The notes below the pieces were generated by a model, which was given only the letters and a program-made list of their open reading frames with translations, had not been told where the DNA came from and searched no databases. 20,000 bases of DNA from an uncultured virus (IMG/VR IMGVR_UViG_3300025102_000017) (taxonomy: Duplodnaviria; Heunggongvirae; Uroviricota; Caudoviricetes). This document shows, piece after piece, positions 16,289-20,000 of this stretch (within the stretch, counting starts at the first letter, position 1; every line of letters begins with the position of its first letter). Position numbers and translations under genes: made by a program. The stretch is from the IMG/VR virus record IMGVR_UViG_3300025102_000017; one strand, written 5' to 3'.

Positions 16289-16721
16289 ACTCCAGAATTG
16301 GTTTGAGATGCTAACCAAACCTAGTGCGGCGTTTGGTGGGTTTCCTCCATGCCCATTTGCTAAGTCTGCTTTTTTGAGGAAGAAGGTGGAGGTAATAGAC
16401 TATGATAATTTTTCTCAGATAACTGGTTTGATGTCACAACCCTGGACTAAGGAGGTTGTGATTTTTGTTATTGATAATCAATCTGCAGACGATGTTACTA
16501 AACTTGCGGAGAAGTGTAACACGATCTACCCAGACTTCTTGTTCCTAGAAGAGCATCCTGACCTCGTAGAAGAGGTGGGAGGACAACACCTGAACAGTGG
16601 AATGGTTTTGCTGTTGGTACAGTTGAGGAAGGAGTTAGAGGATGCTAGGAACGAACTAAAGGGAACTCCATATTATGATAAGTGGACAAATGAACTGAAA
16701 GAAAGAATTTTCAACCGATAG
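16266..16721 (+). CDS. Hypothetical protein with PCPFA motif (DUF1415-like, tentative)
   Basis: W...L..P....GG.PPCPFAK, HP, LVQ....L..AR..L....YY..W. Confidence 0.7.
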   Translation: MTGVKETRLQNWFEMLTKPSAAFGGFPPCPFAKSAFLRKKVEVIDYDNFSQITGLMSQPWTKEVVIFVIDNQSADDVTKLAEKCNTIYPDFLFLEEHPDLVEEVGGQHLNSGMVLLLVQLRKELEDARNELKGTPYYDKWTNELKERIFNR

Positions 16722-16727
16722 ATAATG

Positions 16728-16736
16728 TGGTATACT
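16728..16736 (+). promoter_or_regulatory. Extended -10 promoter TGgTATACT
   Basis: Intergenic, 20 nt upstream of ATG 16757, with a weak -35. Confidence 0.5.
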
Positions 16737-16756
16737 GTTGGAATTCATTGTTCCTA

Positions 16757-16900
16757 ATGGAAAAACCAACCGACCTGTGGCAAGACATGGCGACCCTCAA
16801 TACTTTGTATGAGGAGTTATGTTGGGATCCGGATGAAGTTTTAGAGTTCGTCCCAGACTACGACAACGATTGTATTATTATTCGTAAGAAGAATGCCTGA
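16757..16900 (+). CDS. 47 aa hypothetical protein, AbrB-like segment; not in ORF track
   Basis: MEKPTDLWQDMATLNTLYEELCWDPDEVLEFVPDYDNDCIIIRKKNA. Overlaps the gp62 start. Confidence 0.65.
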   Translation: MEKPTDLWQDMATLNTLYEELCWDPDEVLEFVPDYDNDCIIIRKKNA

Positions 16901-17276
16901 ATTGAAAGATTGGTTGAAGTCAATCAACGAGACCAAGACCAATCTAATTGAAGAAGATCCACTCCTAGAGTCCAAGTATCTTCCCTACATTATCAACCGC
17001 TGTTTGTCTGGGCACATCGACTCCTTGATGTACGCCAATGAGATGAATATCTACCACCAACTTGATAATAAGTTACAATACGACTTTTTACTAAATACTC
17101 TGAGATCGAAGAAGAGATTCTCTCCTTGGGTCCGCAAAGATGAGCTAGTGAATCTCCAACTCGTCAAAAAATACTACGGTTATTCTGACGAAAAGGCGAA
17201 GCAAGTGCTCCCTCTTCTTTCCAGTGAAATGCTGGATCATATTACTAAAAAGCTTGACACCGGAGGGTTGCAATGA
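16893..17276 (+). CDS. gp62: Clamp loader small subunit
   Basis: LKDWL.SIN..K, Y.PYIINRCLS...D....ANEMN, QYDFLLN..R..KRFSPW, YYGYS.EKA. Lies upstream of regA. Confidence 0.93.
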   Translation: MPELKDWLKSINETKTNLIEEDPLLESKYLPYIINRCLSGHIDSLMYANEMNIYHQLDNKLQYDFLLNTLRSKKRFSPWVRKDELVNLQLVKKYYGYSDEKAKQVLPLLSSEMLDHITKKLDTGGLQ

Positions 17277-17707
17277 ATAGTAGTGAACCCATTTATGAAT
17301 GGTCATCTGCTAAGATGATTGAAGTGGTTCTTCAAGAACCAGATGATTTTCTAAAAGTTCGTGAGACTCTAACTCGCATTGGAGTTGCATCTCGTAAAGA
17401 AAAGAAACTGTATCAGTCCTGTCATATTCTTCATAAGCAGGGAAGATATTTTATTGTCCATTTCAAAGAACTGTTTGCTCTGGACGGTAAGAGAGCAAAC
17501 CTGACTATCAATGACGTTCAACGTCGTAATAGAATTGTAAAACTCCTCGTAGATTGGGGATTGGTTTTGATTTCTGATGAGGCACTGCAAAATATTGCTG
17601 ATGTATCCCCATTGAATCAAATCAAAGTCATCTCATTCCGCGAGAAGTCTGAATGGACACTAGAGACGAAGTATAACATTGGTAAGAAGAGGGTCCAGGA
17701 GAACTGA
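17273..17707 (+). CDS. regA: Translational repressor RegA
   Basis: PDDFLKVRETLTRIGVASRKEKKLYQSCHILHKQGRYFIVHFKELFALDG. Confidence 0.97.
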   Translation: MNSSEPIYEWSSAKMIEVVLQEPDDFLKVRETLTRIGVASRKEKKLYQSCHILHKQGRYFIVHFKELFALDGKRANLTINDVQRRNRIVKLLVDWGLVLISDEALQNIADVSPLNQIKVISFREKSEWTLETKYNIGKKRVQEN

Positions 17708-17741
17708 CGGTTCTCCGAACCTCTAAAATTCCCAGATGTGC

Positions 17742-17749
17742 TATAAATA
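17742..17749 (+). promoter_or_regulatory. T4 late promoter TATAAATA upstream of hsp20
   Basis: Exact consensus in an intergenic position. It also reads as an extended -10 (TGcTATAAA). Confidence 0.8.
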
Positions 17750-17750
17750 A

Positions 17751-17800
17751 GTGTGGATGCCTTCGGGGTCCACACAACACAATCTGCCTATTAGGGGATT
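17751..17800 (+). promoter_or_regulatory. Two-hairpin 5' UTR of hsp20, ROSE-like RNA thermometer candidate
   Basis: GTGTGGATGCC-TTCG-GGGTCCACAC (17751-17775), then AATCT(G)CCT-ATT-AGGGGATT (17781-17800) pairing over the SD. Confidence 0.55.
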
Positions 17801-17804
17801 TACC

Positions 17805-18233
17805 ATGTCTAACATCGAGAAATTTCGTGCAGCTGGTCTGCCGGATCTGATTGATCGTATCAACAAAAATTCTATTGGTTGGGACACACACTTCAACCAA
17901 TTCTGGGAGTCCAACACTGTTGGAAACTTCCCTCCATACAATATCCTTCAACTCAGCAACCACGAGACACGCCTAGAGATCGCACTGGCGGGGTTCAAGA
18001 AGGATGAGGTCAAAGTATACTCCGAGTACGGTAAACTTATCGTAGAAGGGAAGCGTGAGAAAGCATTGGATGGTGAATACATCCATCGTGGAATGGCAAA
18101 CCGCGACTTTGAGCGTGCTTGGACCATCGCAGAGGATGTCAACATCGACACAGTGTCCTTTGAAGACGGACTTTTGATCGTGACGTTGAAAAAAATCGTC
18201 CCTGATCACCATGCCCGCAAGGACTACCTCTAA
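17805..18233 (+). CDS. hsp20: Small heat-shock protein (Hsp20/IbpA-like)
   Basis: NFPPYNI, LEIALAGF, Y.HRG.A.R.F.R.W, F.DGLL.V.L...VP. Start ATG 17805 after SD AGGGG. Confidence 0.95.
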   Translation: MSNIEKFRAAGLPDLIDRINKNSIGWDTHFNQFWESNTVGNFPPYNILQLSNHETRLEIALAGFKKDEVKVYSEYGKLIVEGKREKALDGEYIHRGMANRDFERAWTIAEDVNIDTVSFEDGLLIVTLKKIVPDHHARKDYL

Positions 18234-18236
18234 ATA
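18230..18236 (+). promoter_or_regulatory. Late promoter CTAAATA overlapping the hsp20 stop
   Basis: 22 nt upstream of GTG 18259. Confidence 0.6.
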
Positions 18237-18258
18237 ATACGATGACAGTCGTAAATTA

Positions 18259-18999
18259 GTGTACAACAGGGTCCTTCATCATATAAAAGCGTCAGATTTG
18301 CGGGAAACCGCAGGTCTGACTTTGCGTTTTCGGGAAGATTTGAACCCTAAGTTCTGGTTTGGGACTAAACTCAAACCAGAAGTGCGTAAAGCACTGATGA
18401 ATTTTGCGAAAGCGTTCGCAGATTTCGTTGAACTGGATGATTCTGCTGTCACTGACGTGCTTATGTTGGGCGGCAACGCCGGATACAACTACACACAGTT
18501 CAGTGACATCGATGTACACCTGGTAATTGACCCTGCACTTGTCCCAAAATGCGATCCGGAACTAATTTCGGACTATTTTATGGACAAGAAGACGCTTTGG
18601 GAACTCACACATGATGTAAAGGTCTATGGTGCACCCGTAGAACCATACATTGAACGTCCTGGGGTCACTAGAAAGAAGAGTCAGGGTGTATATAGTGTCC
18701 TGAAGAACAAATGGGTGCAAGAACCAGAGAAGAATGAGAGTGAGATCGATGAATTTGAACTCACTAAGAAGACAAACAACTTGAAGGCGAAGATTGACAC
18801 GCTGATTCAGACAGAAAAACCTGAAGCACTCAAGTCAATCGTCAAAAAACTCCGGGCGGGACGTGCCTCATCCCTTGAGAAGTTCGGAGAGTATGGGTTT
18901 GAGAACCTGGTGTTCAAAGAATTGAGAAATTCTGGGTACATCGACAAGATTCGCAAGTCCATGGTAGAATTGAAGAACCGAAGACTGTCGCTTCCATGA
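18259..18999 (+). CDS. Putative Pol-beta-superfamily nucleotidyltransferase
   Basis: hGG-x9-SDIDVH (GS/GG...DxD signature) with a later acidic strand VEPYIE. GTG start. Confidence 0.7.
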   Translation: MYNRVLHHIKASDLRETAGLTLRFREDLNPKFWFGTKLKPEVRKALMNFAKAFADFVELDDSAVTDVLMLGGNAGYNYTQFSDIDVHLVIDPALVPKCDPELISDYFMDKKTLWELTHDVKVYGAPVEPYIERPGVTRKKSQGVYSVLKNKWVQEPEKNESEIDEFELTKKTNNLKAKIDTLIQTEKPEALKSIVKKLRAGRASSLEKFGEYGFENLVFKELRNSGYIDKIRKSMVELKNRRLSLP

Positions 19000-19262
19000 T
19001 CCAGATTTTATTATTGAAGAACGAAACAGTTCTAATCTCACGAGTCGAGGAAGTTGGTTCTGAGATGGGAGAACCAGACTGTAAACTGATCAAACCCTAT
19101 AAGATGGTGCTGCATGACGACTGCACCGAGAATGTCACGTTCGAGTCTTGGCCTTCTTTCACTGATCAAAACGAACTGATGATCCATTCTGATAGTATTT
19201 TGACTATCGTAGAACCAAACAAGTTTCAACTGGAAAAGTATCAATCGGTCACCGCTGAATGA
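18996..19262 (+). CDS. Conserved hypothetical protein upstream of gp43 (88 aa)
   Basis: ATGA overlaps at both ends. Contains GEPDCKLI.P, WP.FT.Q and SD.ILTIVEP. Confidence 0.8.
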   Translation: MIQILLLKNETVLISRVEEVGSEMGEPDCKLIKPYKMVLHDDCTENVTFESWPSFTDQNELMIHSDSILTIVEPNKFQLEKYQSVTAE

Positions 19263-20000
19263 GATTTTACACGAATATCCAGATGGTCGGCAACGACTTT
19301 CTGGTGCGTGGGTATGAAAACGGTCGCCCGATCAAAACCAGAGAGAGTTACCAACCCACATTATTTGTTCCGTCGCGTAAGAAAACCAAATTCAAAACAC
19401 TGGACGGCAAATATGTCCAGAGTATCCAACCAGGCACAGTCAAAGATTGCCGTGAGTTCTACAAAACTCATGGTGAAGTAGAGAACTTCGATATCTACGG
19501 CAATAATAGGTACGTCTATCAGTATATCTCTGATAAGTATCCTGAGGATGAGATCAAGTTTGACATCAAAAAGATGAAGGTGGTTACCATCGACATCGAG
19601 GTGTCTGCTGAGAAGGGATTCCCCACGGTAGAGAACTGTGATGAGGAAATGCTCTGCATTACCCTGCAGAACTATGCCACAAAGCGTATTCTTACCTTTG
19701 GTGTGGGTCCTTATAACAACAATGACCCTATGGTCAAGTACGTGCAGTGCAACGATGAGTATGATTTGTTGCAGCACTTCATCAACTACTGGTCAAGTGA
19801 CACCCCTGACGTGGTAACTGGGTGGAACTGTCAGTTATATGACATTCCGTACCTGTGTAAGCGTATCACTCGTGTACTGGGTGAGAAGGCATGTAAGAAG
19901 ATGTCTCCATGGGGTCTAGTGACTGCTGAGGAGATGTTCATCATGCACCGTGAGCGTCTGATCTATGACATTGCAGGCGTCACTGTCCTTGATTACCTTG
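19259..20000 (+). CDS. gp43: Family B DNA polymerase, N-terminal part (truncated by window)
   Basis: MRFYTNIQMVGNDFLVRGYENG..., ExoI TIDIEV, ExoII PDVVTGWN..LYDIPYL, ending ...VLDYL. Open to the window end. Confidence 0.96.
   Translation, partial: MRFYTNIQMVGNDFLVRGYENGRPIKTRESYQPTLFVPSRKKTKFKTLDGKYVQSIQPGTVKDCREFYKTHGEVENFDIYGNNRYVYQYISDKYPEDEIKFDIKKMKVVTIDIEVSAEKGFPTVENCDEEMLCITLQNYATKRILTFGVGPYNNNDPMVKYVQCNDEYDLLQHFINYWSSDTPDVVTGWNCQLYDIPYLCKRITRVLGEKACKKMSPWGLVTAEEMFIMHRERLIYDIAGVTVLDYL

Noticed and set aside
17751..17775. UUCG hairpin as regA terminator
   Set aside because: No U tract follows, and it lies just downstream of a late promoter, so it fits a 5' leader hairpin better.
17751..17804. 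N-terminal extension of Hsp20 from GTG 17751
   Set aside because: This is the structured 5' UTR. The SD and homology point to ATG 17805.
19361..19777. 138 aa minus-strand ORF
   Set aside because: Shadow of gp43, which the track missed only because it has no stop in the window.
1..20000. tRNAs, CRISPR arrays, introns/inteins, homing endonucleases, stop-codon recoding
   Set aside because: No cloverleaf or spaced repeats were seen by eye. Core genes have normal lengths without insertions, and TAA, TAG and TGA all end genes normally.

Overview
A 20 kb segment of a T4-like marine cyanomyovirus (Synechococcus/Prochlorococcus phage, Kyanoviridae-like) genome. All credible genes are on the + strand. 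It covers the core tail-completion, recombination and replication block: gp3, uvsY, uvsW, gp55, gp47, gp46, gp45, gp44, gp62, regA, hsp20 and the 5' part of gp43. Two accessory islands interrupt it. The first (gp46-gp45) holds two tandem small outer-membrane beta-barrel genes behind a structured leader, a glycine-zipper membrane protein, two hli genes and several membrane micro-peptides. The second (gp44-gp62) holds a TM micro-peptide, an NAD-dependent sugar epimerase, a PD-(D/E)xK-like ORF coupled to a Dam-family methyltransferase, PTOX and hypotheticals. The most interesting signals are a candidate phage-encoded nuclease/methyltransferase pair, a ROSE-like RNA thermometer on hsp20, a near-consensus antisense sigma70 promoter interlocked with the gp55 promoter, an HLR1 (RpaB)-like operator at the hli promoter, and a late-promoter-driven Pol-beta-type nucleotidyltransferase. 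All calls come from motif and synteny recognition only; no searches were run.
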